Source: Ostreococcus lucimarinus (Eukaryota). Taken from it: a stretch of DNA of 64,000 nt. A model generated the notes under the pieces. It was given only the letters and a program-made list of their open reading frames with translations, searched no databases and was not told the DNA's origin. Numbering within the stretch: the first letter of the stretch is position 1; each line of letters starts with the position of its first letter. This document shows positions 29,416-38,450 of this stretch, piece after piece. The DNA is taken from assembly GCA_000092065.1 (NCBI GenBank), contig CP000586.1. One strand, 5' to 3'. Made by a program: the position numbers and the translations under genes.

Positions 29416-31116
29416 TCACTCGTCTTCGCTGTCGTTCGTCGTCGCGTCGGAATCCCAAATCGAGTCGTCGAGTGGAAAGTTCCACGAGTCGCGCGCGCGT
29501 CGAGAGCAAAACATGACGTACGCGAGAGATCGACGTCTCGCAGAATCGTTCGCACCGCCCTTATGCATGACGCGGTAGTCATAAATGAGTACAGAACCGG
29601 GAAATAACAGTTCAGGCTGCGTTCGAGGCGCCAAAGCCTGTGCCTTGCGCTCGGGTGTCGACACATAACACGCGTCGTGGTCCCACTCGTGTGACCCGTG
29701 AATGAACGCAGTCGGTCCATCTATCGTTTCAACCTTTGCTGTGTTTATAAATACGTTGAAAATACCGAACACACGTCCATCGGCGTGAAAGTGCTGCTCC
29801 GGCGCGCCGGGCTCGGAGCTCACGCACCCGAGAGATTTGGTCGTAAAGTCGTAGTCGGCACCGTACGCCTTAGAGAGAATTGGAGAAACCCACGGCGAGA
29901 CGTACGCTCCCAAAGCTTCCCACGCGCTCACCGCGCGCTGCCCGTTTGGTTTCGCGAGAGCGCGCACTCGTTCGCATTCGGGACGAGTAAAGTCATATCG
30001 CAGTCCGCAGCGCGCCCTACTACAGATCTCGGCGTAGCGAAAGATGTCTCGACGCGAATCGACGCCTCGTGTTTCGGCGCGAGCGAGCAACTCGTCTAAG
30101 TGCTCGTCATTCGCCCGCGCGCACTCGGCGAGAGTGTCCTCGGGCACGATCGCACCAGACGCCACCGGTGATAACACCACGAAGCCGTGCACGCGCAAAC
30201 TCTCCGCCGCAGCGTCGATGGTGTCCGCGTCAGGCGTTGCGCGCTCGACGCGCAGCGCGTACGAGCACGCATCATCAAAGTCGACGCGCAACGAGCACTC
30301 ATCACCGTCATCACCGTCATCACCGTCACCATATCGTCGCACTTCCCCGTCTTCACTATGCACCGCGAGAGCTTCCACAAAATCTGCCAACACCGCCGCC
30401 TCGTCGCGTTCGGCGATCAACAACCTGTATCCGCCCTTGGCGGTTATTTCGTCGTCGTGCGCGTGTTCCGCCGCCGTCGTTCGCATGTCTTCGCACACAT
30501 CCGCGTCCAACGCCTCCGTCCGAACGACAAAACCTCGAGCGCGCAACGCGCTCTCGAACGCCGCCGCGAGCGCGGGCTTTCGCACGCCGAACGCCGCGAT
30601 AAACCGCGTCCCGCCGCCGCTCTTCGCGTGCGCGTCCACCGCCGTCGCCAATTCCTCCGCGTGTTCCTCTAAATACAGCATATCCGCCGCCACGATCACG
30701 TCATACGCGCGTCGTTCGTTTTCGTTTTCGTCCCACGTCTCCCGTCGCCCCCAATCGAGCGCCTTGACGCGGACGTCGCACGCTCGCGTCCCGTCGAACC
30801 AACCGTTTCGCAGCGCGTTGCCGTGCGCCAGCGCCAGGGTGCCTTCGTCTCGATCCGACAACGTGACCGATCGCGCTCCGAGCGCGGCGCACGCCAAGCC
30901 AACCGCACCGACGCCCGCGCCGAGCTCGAGGACGCGTCGGTCGCGCACGTCCGCGCCGTCGCGCGCGGATAAGCGCTCGACCAGGGCGTAGGCGGCGCTC
31001 CAGAGCCGACACCCGGTTCTCAACGGGACGTCGTCGGCGTCGTGGGCGATCGTGAGCGACAGCGGGGGGTGCGGGAAACTGGGGGTGGTGAACGCGCGGC
31101 GCTCGGTGAAGACCAT
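29416..31116 (-). CDS. Fusion of a Methyltransf_16-type (protein-lysine methyltransferase-like) domain and a PhyH-like Fe(II)/2-oxoglutarate dioxygenase domain
   Basis: The track ORF starts at a GTG (31197). The first ATG is at 31116 (MVFTERRAFTTP...). The N-terminal half has TGCRLWSAAYALVERL, SAM motif I VLELGAGVGAVGLACAALGA, LSDRD, and DVIVAADMLYLEEH. The C-terminal half has PEQHFHADG (HxD), GPTAFIHGSHEWDH, GSVLIYDYRVMHKGGAN (distal His) and SARRRSLAYVMF. Confidence 0.75.
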   Translation of the reverse strand: MVFTERRAFTTPSFPHPPLSLTIAHDADDVPLRTGCRLWSAAYALVERLSARDGADVRDRRVLELGAGVGAVGLACAALGARSVTLSDRDEGTLALAHGNALRNGWFDGTRACDVRVKALDWGRRETWDENENERRAYDVIVAADMLYLEEHAEELATAVDAHAKSGGGTRFIAAFGVRKPALAAAFESALRARGFVVRTEALDADVCEDMRTTAAEHAHDDEITAKGGYRLLIAERDEAAVLADFVEALAVHSEDGEVRRYGDGDDGDDGDECSLRVDFDDACSYALRVERATPDADTIDAAAESLRVHGFVVLSPVASGAIVPEDTLAECARANDEHLDELLARAETRGVDSRRDIFRYAEICSRARCGLRYDFTRPECERVRALAKPNGQRAVSAWEALGAYVSPWVSPILSKAYGADYDFTTKSLGCVSSEPGAPEQHFHADGRVFGIFNVFINTAKVETIDGPTAFIHGSHEWDHDACYVSTPERKAQALAPRTQPELLFPGSVLIYDYRVMHKGGANDSARRRSLAYVMFCSRRARDSWNFPLDDSIWDSDATTNDSEDE

Positions 31117-31236
31117 GACATGGGCGCCGCGTCCGTCGCGGTGTGCGGACGCGCTCGCGACTGGGACGCGCTCGCGGGCGACAACTTTTACTGACACAAA
31201 CGCGCGGCGAACTACGAAGCGCTGGGTTAGGTTGAG

Positions 31237-32901
31237 TCACGCTCGCGCGTTCACGCCGTCGCGTTTGCTGACGAGTTGGAGCACGATGAAACGCCGAGTG
31301 AGAACGAGAATGGCCGCGCACGCAACGACGACGCCGGCGCCGACGAACGCGTACGCGGGATCTGCGGCAAACAACTTGCCGAAAACGATCGGCGCGATGA
31401 TGCGAGCGACGGCATTGATGGCTGAATCAACACCCATGACGGTACCACGTCTCGTTGGTGGCACGCATTGCATGAGAAGGATCGGGATAGCGGGCGTAAA
31501 CAGCGGCAAACCGGCGACGTAGACGAAGGCGGCGGGCGGCACCAATGCGGGCGCCGCTTGACCGATCGCGACGAGACCGGTGGCGACGAGAGTCAAACCG
31601 ATGACTGTTGTTTTTGTGAGTCCAAATAGCTTTTGCGTCGGCGCGAATAGCGTCGCGCTAACCGTCAAAGAGACGGCAGACAACGCGGTGAGCAAGGCGC
31701 CGATTTGCGTCGGCGCCATGGAGAGCTTCTTTGACAGTAAGAGCGGAAAGAACGAATCAAACGTGCTCTGACCGGCGTTGTACAGGAAACTCGTCATACA
31801 AATCGTCGCGACCGCTGGCAGGTATTGCTGCCCGAGCGGACAACTCAGCGCGTCGGGGTCGTATACGCCAGGAAGCGACGTCTTCGGAAGCGTCGTCTGC
31901 GTCGGAACGCCCGCAATGGGACTCGAAGGCGTCGCATAAGCGGCGCTGGGCTTACCTTCGTCGACTTTATCTTTTTCCAACTCTGACGCATCGTCGACAT
32001 CGCCTTCCGTCGTCTCTCGCATCGACGCCTTCATCGCTTGCGGCGGCGTCATGAATAAGAGCACCAACGTCGCCGCCGCGACGCTCGCCCAACCGGTCAC
32101 GCTAATCGCCGCGCTCAGACTAAATCCGGCGAACAACACCCCTCCCAACGTCGGCCCGACGATAAACGCCAGCGTGCACGACGCCTCGCGCCACGCCATG
32201 AGCTGTGGCAAAAATTCTGGCGTCGAAGCGTCGGCGAGATACGCCTTCACCACCGGACTCGCCCCCGCGAACGCGCCGCTCAGCACGCGCAAGAGCAAAA
32301 ACGTCTCGAACGACGCCCCAGATCGCACACACAACCCTTGCAAAATCAACCCTATCCCTACTCCCATCAAACTCAACACGATGATCGGTTTCCGACCAAC
32401 CTTGTCGCTCAACTGCGGCCAAAAAAAGAGCGCTCCGAACATCCCGAGCGGATACGCGCTCGTGAGATATCCCACGTTCTCCGCCGCGACGCCGAACCGT
32501 CGCACCAAACCGGGCGTGATCGGCCCCGTCACCGTAAATCCAAGCAGGTGCAGAAACACCGCGAGCATCACACACGCGATGCTGAGCTTTTGTCGCCATT
32601 CGATCCGCGCCGCGTCCGGCGCCGCGCGTTCGCTCGCCTTCGCGTCGTTCGCGCGCGTCCTCGTCCTCATCCTCGCGTGCTCCGCGCCCGCGCGCCGCGC
32701 GCCGCGCTCAAACGCGCGCATTTCGACGCCCGCGTCCTCCGCGCGCGCGCCCACGCGCACGCGTCGTCGCGCGTCGCCCGTCCCCATCGCGCGCCCGCCC
32801 GGTTTCGCCCGCGAACCGCCGTCGCGTCTCTCGCGTCGTCTCTCCGTCGTCGTCGTCGTCCGAGCCGCGCGGTGCGCGCGCGCGACGATCGCGCGCGTCA
32901 T
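31237..32901 (-). CDS. Major facilitator superfamily transporter
   Basis: ATG at 32901, 554 aa. A basic ~110-aa N-terminal extension precedes 12 predicted helices with a central loop. MFS motif A is present (WPQLSDKVGRKPIIVLS). Substrate not inferable. Confidence 0.8.
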   Translation of the reverse strand: MTRAIVARAHRAARTTTTTERRRERRDGGSRAKPGGRAMGTGDARRRVRVGARAEDAGVEMRAFERGARRAGAEHARMRTRTRANDAKASERAAPDAARIEWRQKLSIACVMLAVFLHLLGFTVTGPITPGLVRRFGVAAENVGYLTSAYPLGMFGALFFWPQLSDKVGRKPIIVLSLMGVGIGLILQGLCVRSGASFETFLLLRVLSGAFAGASPVVKAYLADASTPEFLPQLMAWREASCTLAFIVGPTLGGVLFAGFSLSAAISVTGWASVAAATLVLLFMTPPQAMKASMRETTEGDVDDASELEKDKVDEGKPSAAYATPSSPIAGVPTQTTLPKTSLPGVYDPDALSCPLGQQYLPAVATICMTSFLYNAGQSTFDSFFPLLLSKKLSMAPTQIGALLTALSAVSLTVSATLFAPTQKLFGLTKTTVIGLTLVATGLVAIGQAAPALVPPAAFVYVAGLPLFTPAIPILLMQCVPPTRRGTVMGVDSAINAVARIIAPIVFGKLFAADPAYAFVGAGVVVACAAILVLTRRFIVLQLVSKRDGVNARA

Positions 32902-33002
32902 GCGCGTCGCGTCTCGCGCGCGCGGTCGCGAACGCGCGTCGCGAACGCGCGCGTCGGCGTCCTCGAGTGAGGCCCCCTCGACACTCGTCGACGCGACGAA
33001 GG

Positions 33003-33566
33003 ATGTCGACGATGCCGACGACGACGATCTCGGCGCCCGCGCGAGCGGTGCGCGCGAACCGCGCGCGAGGCGCCGTGCGCGCGCGCTCGACGGTGTACGC
33101 GTACGAAACGATCGCGCTCGGACGCACGCTCACCGGGACGCACTTCATCGACTTGACGGAACACATCGACGCCGCGGTGGCGAAGAGCGGCGTGAAGAAC
33201 GGCGTGGTGCACGTGCTGAGTCGACACACGACGACGGCGGTGACGATAAACGAAAACGAGGCGCGATTGATGGACGACGCGAGGATGTACTTTGCGAAGC
33301 TGGCGCCGGCGACGGATTTCTATCTGCACAACGACTTGGACAGACGAAGCGGACCGGCGGATTGGCCGGGCGGCGACGAGGCGTGGCGCGCGCAAGAACC
33401 CGAGAACTGTCACGCGCACTTGTTGAGCATGGTGATCGGGAACAGCGAGACGATTCCAGTGAGCGAGGGGAAGACGACGCTGGGGACGTGGCAGAGTTGC
33501 ATGTTCGTCGAATTAGACGGACCGCGCGAACGCACGGTGGGGATTCAAGTCGTCGGCGAGCGATAG
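33003..33566 (+). CDS. YjbQ/UPF0047 family protein with N-terminal presequence
   Basis: The track ORF starts at a GTG (32967). The first ATG is at 33003. The N-terminus is Arg/Ala/Thr-rich. The YjbQ core follows: VHVLSRHTTTAVTINENE, ENCHAHLLSMVIGNSETIPVSEGKTTLGTWQSCMFVELDGPRERTV. Confidence 0.8.
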   Translation: MSTMPTTTISAPARAVRANRARGAVRARSTVYAYETIALGRTLTGTHFIDLTEHIDAAVAKSGVKNGVVHVLSRHTTTAVTINENEARLMDDARMYFAKLAPATDFYLHNDLDRRSGPADWPGGDEAWRAQEPENCHAHLLSMVIGNSETIPVSEGKTTLGTWQSCMFVELDGPRERTVGIQVVGER

Positions 33567-33607
33567 ATAGATCCGCGCGTGTACTCTATAACTATTCTAT
33601 GTTACAT

Positions 33608-33976
33608 TCATCGCGACCTCGACGCGTCCAGCGCGTCGAGCTGCGAGCGCAAATCGAAGACGCGGCGGCAGCGCGTCCACCACTCGCCAACCTTCGCCTC
33701 GGGCGCCGGTCGCTGCAACGCGCGCGTCACCTCGCCCCACTCCACGCACCGTTCGCTCATCGCCATGTGTCTCGCGAAGTCCACGTCGGGATCGAACGCG
33801 TCGACCGTCGTCATGTGCATGAACAAGCGCACGCCAGAGCGGTAAATGAACATGTCGACCACGCCGACCGCGCGCAGGCTCTCCAAAATCTCTGGCCACG
33901 CGCGCGCGTGTAGGGCGTCGTACGCCTCGATCGCGTCTTCGCTCTCGAGCTCGATCGTCTGCGCGAACGTCTTCAT
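33608..33976 (-). CDS. L-rhamnose mutarotase (RhaM/YiiL, DUF718) family protein
   Basis: The track ORF starts at a GTG (34069). The first ATG is at 33976, giving 122 aa: MKTFAQTIELESEDAIEAYDALHARAWPEILESLRAVGVVDMFIYRSGVRLFMHM...CVEWGEV...WWTRCRRVFDL. This matches the RhaM pattern (H..WPE, G..n..Iy, LF). Confidence 0.7.
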   Translation of the reverse strand: MKTFAQTIELESEDAIEAYDALHARAWPEILESLRAVGVVDMFIYRSGVRLFMHMTTVDAFDPDVDFARHMAMSERCVEWGEVTRALQRPAPEAKVGEWWTRCRRVFDLRSQLDALDASRSR

Positions 33977-34186
33977 TCGCGTCGCGTCGCGTCGCTTCTC
34001 TCGCGCTCCGCTCGCGCGCGTCGATCGCTTCGCGCCGATCGACGCGCGTGAATGCGGGTGCCGCGACACGAACCGTTGCGCGCGGAATTCAAAAATTTCA
34101 TTTCAAAATTTGACTCGCCCGATTGACGCGACCGCGCGTCAATTCGCGACGCGGCGATCGACGCGCGCGAGAAAATCGGCGGAGAT

Positions 34187-35098
34187 ATGGCGATGATGGA
34201 CGTCGACGACGCGCGCGCGCACCCGGCGGCGCGATTGGTGTTTGACGACGACGAGAGCGTGGAAGTTCGAACGAGCGACGTTTTGAGCGAGGATGCGAAC
34301 GCGCGCGTGCGCGTGCTCACGGCGGACGTGGAGGATGCGATGGATGTGAAGATGAGCGCGGCGAACGCGGGGAAGACGAAAATGGGCGCGGCGACGATGT
34401 TTGCGCGATTGTTCGGGACGGATGGCGAGCGAGGGAGCAAGCGGGACCGAGCGGCGTCGCCGGCGGTGAAAATGAACAGACGGAAAGCCGCCGATGGGAC
34501 GCGCACGCAAGATTTAGGGCGTTTGGCGCGAGAGTTGGCGCAACAATTGGATGAGCCGAAGGTGCGCTTGCTCGCGCGAGCGATAAACGAGCTCGGCGAG
34601 GCGCAAGTCAGAGCGTACGTGCTCGAGGCGGCGACGCAACAGCGCCACGGCGGTGAGATGACCGCGTTGGGAGACCGTCGAAGAACGACGGGAGGGATCT
34701 TTTGGGCCATCGTTCGCGCGAGAACGAAACCGGAGGTGTACGACATCATTTACGCCGAAGAACGAGAACGACAAAAGGAACGAAGCAAGGCGCGCGCTCG
34801 TGCGCGCCGCGCCGCCGCAGACGGCAAGGAAAACATTCCTCCTGTCGGTCATGCCAAGCCTACGATGGCGCAAATCTTGTTTGGAAGCATCAGAGATGAG
34901 CACTTCCCCGAAAACCGCGCGCCCTTGGCCCCGATTGTCGTTCCCATCGACGCCGTCACGCCGAAGCCGACGCTGAAAACCGTTGGATGGGCGGACGACG
35001 ACGACGACTTTGACTTCTCCGCTGGATCCGAGCTCGCGGCGCCGATGAAGACACAAAAGCCCGATTTTACGTTCGCACAAATCGCCAAGATGCGTTAG
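34187..35098 (+). CDS. PHAX: PHAX-like snRNA export adaptor (PHAX RNA-binding domain)
   Basis: ATG at 34187, 303 aa. The central segment is LARELAQQLDEPKVRLLARAINELGEAQVRAYVLEAATQQRHGGEMTALGDRRRTTGGIFWAIVRARTKPEVYDIIY. It closely follows the PHAX RNA-binding domain (LQEPKKELL..V..G.E.A..L...T...E..GG....G.RRRTPGGVF). Confidence 0.75.
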   Translation: MAMMDVDDARAHPAARLVFDDDESVEVRTSDVLSEDANARVRVLTADVEDAMDVKMSAANAGKTKMGAATMFARLFGTDGERGSKRDRAASPAVKMNRRKAADGTRTQDLGRLARELAQQLDEPKVRLLARAINELGEAQVRAYVLEAATQQRHGGEMTALGDRRRTTGGIFWAIVRARTKPEVYDIIYAEERERQKERSKARARARRAAADGKENIPPVGHAKPTMAQILFGSIRDEHFPENRAPLAPIVVPIDAVTPKPTLKTVGWADDDDDFDFSAGSELAAPMKTQKPDFTFAQIAKMR

Positions 35099-35402
35099 AC
35101 CGCCAAGACTGGCGACTGACGTCCTCGACGAGCGTTTCGCGTCGCGGCGGTCGATGTCAAACCTCGTCTCGCGTGTACTTTACATCTTTAACCCGCGTCC
35201 ACCGGTGGTGTGATCGCCGTGGAATCACCACCAGATCGACGCAATGTTTAATAACGTCACGATTCACACTCTCTGGCGCCACGTCTCGCCGCGTCGCCGC
35301 GCGCGTTCGCCCGTTCGGCGATGGTTCCAATCGACACACACGGACCTTTGAATCCGAGTCACCGACGCGCGGAATCGCGGGTTCATTCCCTCGCGCGTCA
35401 AC

Positions 35403-35438
35403 ATGTTCACCGTTCAAGCCACGCAAATCGTCACCACG
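35403..35438 (+). CDS. psaN: psaN predicted mini-exon 1 (MFTVQATQIVTT)
   Basis: ATG at 35403 opens 12 codons. They end exactly at a codon boundary on a GTGCGC donor (35439). This exon is needed because the PsaN reading frame downstream has no in-frame ATG after the stop at 35672-35674. Confidence 0.5.
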
Positions 35439-35698
35439 GTGCGCATCGACGCACGCTCTCGCGCCCGTTCGTTTCGGCGCGTCACACCGCGGCGCGCGCG
35501 CGACGCGCGCGTCGCACGACGCCGCGACGATCATCGGAGATAGCGTATCTGGACGATCCCGAACGATCGAGACCGACGCCGCGGGACGCGCGCGCGAACG
35601 GCGCGTCGCGCGACGAAGCGGCGCGAATAAATACCTCGCGATGCGCTCGCGAGGCGAACGAACGCGAAGACTGACGCGCGACGCGCTCGCGATCGCAG
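35439..35698 (+). other. Predicted psaN intron (260 nt, phase 0)
   Basis: Donor GTGCGC at 35439, ACTGAC at 35670-35675 (24 nt before the 3' end), acceptor TCGCAG ending at 35698. The grammar is the same as the PSMA6 introns. Confidence 0.5.
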
Positions 35699-36082
35699 GC
35701 TAAGGCGCCGACGACGAAGCCCGCGAAGCGCGTCCAAAAGGCGGCGTCGCTCGGCTTGGCCGCCGTCGTCGCGGTTTCGCTTCAAGTCGCCCCGGCTCGC
35801 GCCGATCTCACCTCCGATTTGCTCGCGAAGACGGAAGCGAACAAGGAGTTGAACGATAAGAAGCGCGCCGCGACGTCGAGCGCGAACTTTGAACGCTCTC
35901 GCACCGTCACGGATGGGTTTTGCAACTTTCCGCAAAACATCTTCGGGTGCGAAAACGCCGCGGAGAAGGGCGACGTCAAGTTTTTGTCCGACGATTTGAA
36001 GGTCGAGTGCGAAGGCACGGATGCCGGTAAAATCTGCGCCAGCAAGAACTCTGGTTCGTACCCGTCCTTCCTCGGTTTGTAA
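35699..36082 (+). CDS. psaN: Photosystem I subunit N (PsaN), main exon
   Basis: The mature region is DLLAKTEANKELNDKKRAATSSANFERSRTVTDGFCNFPQNIFGCENAAEKGDVKFLSDDLKVECEGTDAGKICAS. It matches plant PsaN (NKELNDKKRLATSGANFARA...CKFPENFTGCQDLAK...FISEDIALECEGKDKYKC). It is preceded by a lumenal-type signal (KRVQKAASLGLAAVVAVSLQVAPARA). The track ORF start at 35756 is a TTG. Confidence 0.85.
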   Translation, partial: AKAPTTKPAKRVQKAASLGLAAVVAVSLQVAPARADLTSDLLAKTEANKELNDKKRAATSSANFERSRTVTDGFCNFPQNIFGCENAAEKGDVKFLSDDLKVECEGTDAGKICASKNSGSYPSFLGL

Positions 36083-36386
36083 GCGTGCGAGCGCGGAGCC
36101 CAAACGCGTCGACGCGTTGTAACTAAGTCACGCAACCGGCGACCCAGAATCGGAATGAGCGAACCGACTCGCGCGTCACATCGCCGCGTCAGCACCGCGC
36201 GTCTTCGCGCGCACGCGTCTTCGCGCGCTCGCAACTCGATCGAACGCGTCTTCACGCGCGTCGCGCCACGCTCCGCGCGCGCGCGTCGCCGATTCGCGCG
36301 CGGACAACGCCGCCGCCGCCGGCTCATCGATTCGTTCGTTCATTCGTTCGCGCGCGCATCGATCCATCGCTCGCGACGCGCGTTAG

Positions 36387-36677
36387 ATGCCCAAGTACGG
36401 CGTGCACGTGAACAAGTACTACGTCCCCGACGACGTCCCGACGTGGGCGAAACTGAACGTGAAACAAGCGAGCAAGAAGATTGCGAAATCGCGAAGCCGA
36501 GAGACGAAGCAAGCGCTCGGGAAAAAAGCCAAAGCGGCGGTGAAACTGGCGAACCGTAAGGGCGGAAGAGGCAAACGAAATCCCGCGAACGCGGATTTTA
36601 AAAAGAATTTAAAGCTCGCGAAGGATTTGAAGAAGAATAAACGTAAAGGACGTCAGGCAAAAAGACCGGGGACGTAG
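36387..36677 (+). CDS. Small lysine-rich basic protein, unknown family
   Basis: ATG at 36387, 96 aa: MPKYGVHVNKYYVPDDVPTWAKLNVKQASKK... followed by a Lys/Arg-rich tail. The TAG stop lies 39 nt before the next ATG, in the same frame. Confidence 0.5.
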   Translation: MPKYGVHVNKYYVPDDVPTWAKLNVKQASKKIAKSRSRETKQALGKKAKAAVKLANRKGGRGKRNPANADFKKNLKLAKDLKKNKRKGRQAKRPGT

Positions 36678-36716
36678 GCGAACGAAGGAACGAAGGAGCG
36701 AAGGAACAAAGGAACG

Positions 36717-38450
36717 ATGGCGGCGAGACGCGAACGAGAGGGTGGCGACGGCGGTGATGATGAAATTTCCGAGACCGAGAGTGATCGTTTCATCGTAAAA
36801 GTTGCGGAGTACTTGCAAGGTGCGATCGGTGCGCACGGTTGGAGCGAGGAGACCGTTCGCGGGGCGTTTGACGAGGCGGTGAAGCACATGCCTAAAGGAA
36901 GAGCTCGAAAGGCTTTGCGAGCGGGTTTCGATGAGTACGCGGATAAATTATGTGACACAATTTACCGCAAAAATGGTCCCTCGATCGAGCGCACGAAAGA
37001 GGAGCGTAAGATTGCAAAGTTGAGCAAGGATCCGTCGAGCGCGTGGTGGGCGTTGCATCAAGAGCCGCTCGAAGATTTTGCGTCGGCGTCTTTGGAAGTA
37101 TTGTGCGTAGAGTTTGACTACTCACTCAAACGTGCATCCTTCGATATCCCCGCATACGTCCTCATGAAGGCGTTGGAGATTTCTGACATGCTGCCTGAAG
37201 ATGTAGCGACGATGGAAGAAATTCGCGAGGCGGCACTTCGTCGTCTCGTCGATATCGCGCAAGCATCCAAAGCTGCGTTTGAAAAGAAGGCAACGAAGAC
37301 GCAGGATGACTTCGTCAAGGTGAATAATCTCGTAGGTAGACTCGCGGGCGCGACGGCTATTCGTCGTAAAATGCAAGGCGCTCGTGATGAAACTGCAAAG
37401 TTGGCGGCGGAGATTGTCATGCTGAGGCACGATTTCCGTAAACTCGCCTCGCAAGACGCGAGTCTGAGTCCACCAGAGCACGAGATCGGCGTCACCGCAT
37501 CACACGATGCCGCGGTGTTATTAGGAAACTATCGTGGGGATTTAGCAGCTTTGCTCGCCGAGAGGTTGCCCGAGGACGAGAACGAGCTCGCGCGCATGTT
37601 TGGCGAAGGCGATTTGCCCATCTTTGAGTGCGCCCTCGGCCTCGGTGGTTTCGACGCCGATTTTGAGAAACGAGGCAAAAAGAATGGACTGATGTTCGGC
37701 ATGTTGGATATCGATGTGAAAGATGTGAAAGATGTCGGCAAGAACGCACCTCCGGCGCTCTTACGTCGACCACCAAAGGCAAAGTTTGATGCCAACAAAG
37801 AGGTGAACGATTACGATATGGAAGCTTTCGCTCACGCGGGGGCCGGGGTATCGACGACCAGTATTGCAGAGTCTGCATTTAATAAGTCCGACTTTATCGA
37901 TACCGACTATCTCACCGAGGCGCTGTCGCTGGTGGGTAAAGACGACGACGAACGTAGCGGACCAGGGCGAGTCAAGTTGTACTTTGCCGTCGTGCGAGTC
38001 GCTCGAGCATACATCAAGCTTTTGAACGAGGCTGGTAAACGTAAGAGGTCCTCGGCTGTGGCGCGATACATGGCAGTCGCACCTGCGCCTGAGGTGCTTC
38101 TCATGCACGTTCCGGAGTCGTCTGGAATCGATAATACAGATGCTCGCGCGATGTCCGTCGAGCTCTCCGTCGCCTCCATCAAGGCGCTGCAAAGCATCGT
38201 CAACGAATGGAACGAAATGCGTACGCTGTTCAAATCTGCGGCGCAGAGTGAAGGTGGCTTTTTCATCGATGTTAATCGTACCGCAGGAGATGCCGCGAGG
38301 TTGGCGTTTGAAGAAGGTGAGTCTGCCGAGGACGACGGCGCGGGCGTCGACGACGAAACCGAAAAAGAACTCATGGCCATGCTCGACAAGCTCGAAGGCC
38401 CGGATGCATCTAGCGACGATAGCGACGACGAGGCGAGCGATGAAGATTAG
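36717..38450 (+). CDS. Hypothetical protein (577 aa) with acidic C-terminus
   Basis: ATG at 36717. The composition is mixed and non-repetitive (FIVKVAEYLQGAIGAHGWSEETVRGAFDEAVKHMPKG..., SAWWALHQEPLEDF, VKLYFAVVRVARAYIKLLNEAGKRK). The acidic tail is DASSDDSDDEASDED. No family recognised. Confidence 0.65.
   Translation: MAARREREGGDGGDDEISETESDRFIVKVAEYLQGAIGAHGWSEETVRGAFDEAVKHMPKGRARKALRAGFDEYADKLCDTIYRKNGPSIERTKEERKIAKLSKDPSSAWWALHQEPLEDFASASLEVLCVEFDYSLKRASFDIPAYVLMKALEISDMLPEDVATMEEIREAALRRLVDIAQASKAAFEKKATKTQDDFVKVNNLVGRLAGATAIRRKMQGARDETAKLAAEIVMLRHDFRKLASQDASLSPPEHEIGVTASHDAAVLLGNYRGDLAALLAERLPEDENELARMFGEGDLPIFECALGLGGFDADFEKRGKKNGLMFGMLDIDVKDVKDVGKNAPPALLRRPPKAKFDANKEVNDYDMEAFAHAGAGVSTTSIAESAFNKSDFIDTDYLTEALSLVGKDDDERSGPGRVKLYFAVVRVARAYIKLLNEAGKRKRSSAVARYMAVAPAPEVLLMHVPESSGIDNTDARAMSVELSVASIKALQSIVNEWNEMRTLFKSAAQSEGGFFIDVNRTAGDAARLAFEEGESAEDDGAGVDDETEKELMAMLDKLEGPDASSDDSDDEASDED

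Noticed and set aside
32051-33913. A 620-aa plus-strand ORF
   Set aside because: It is antisense to the MFS transporter and then reads through the YjbQ and RhaM loci out of frame. The composition is Arg/Ala/Ser-rich. This is a typical GC-rich shadow ORF.
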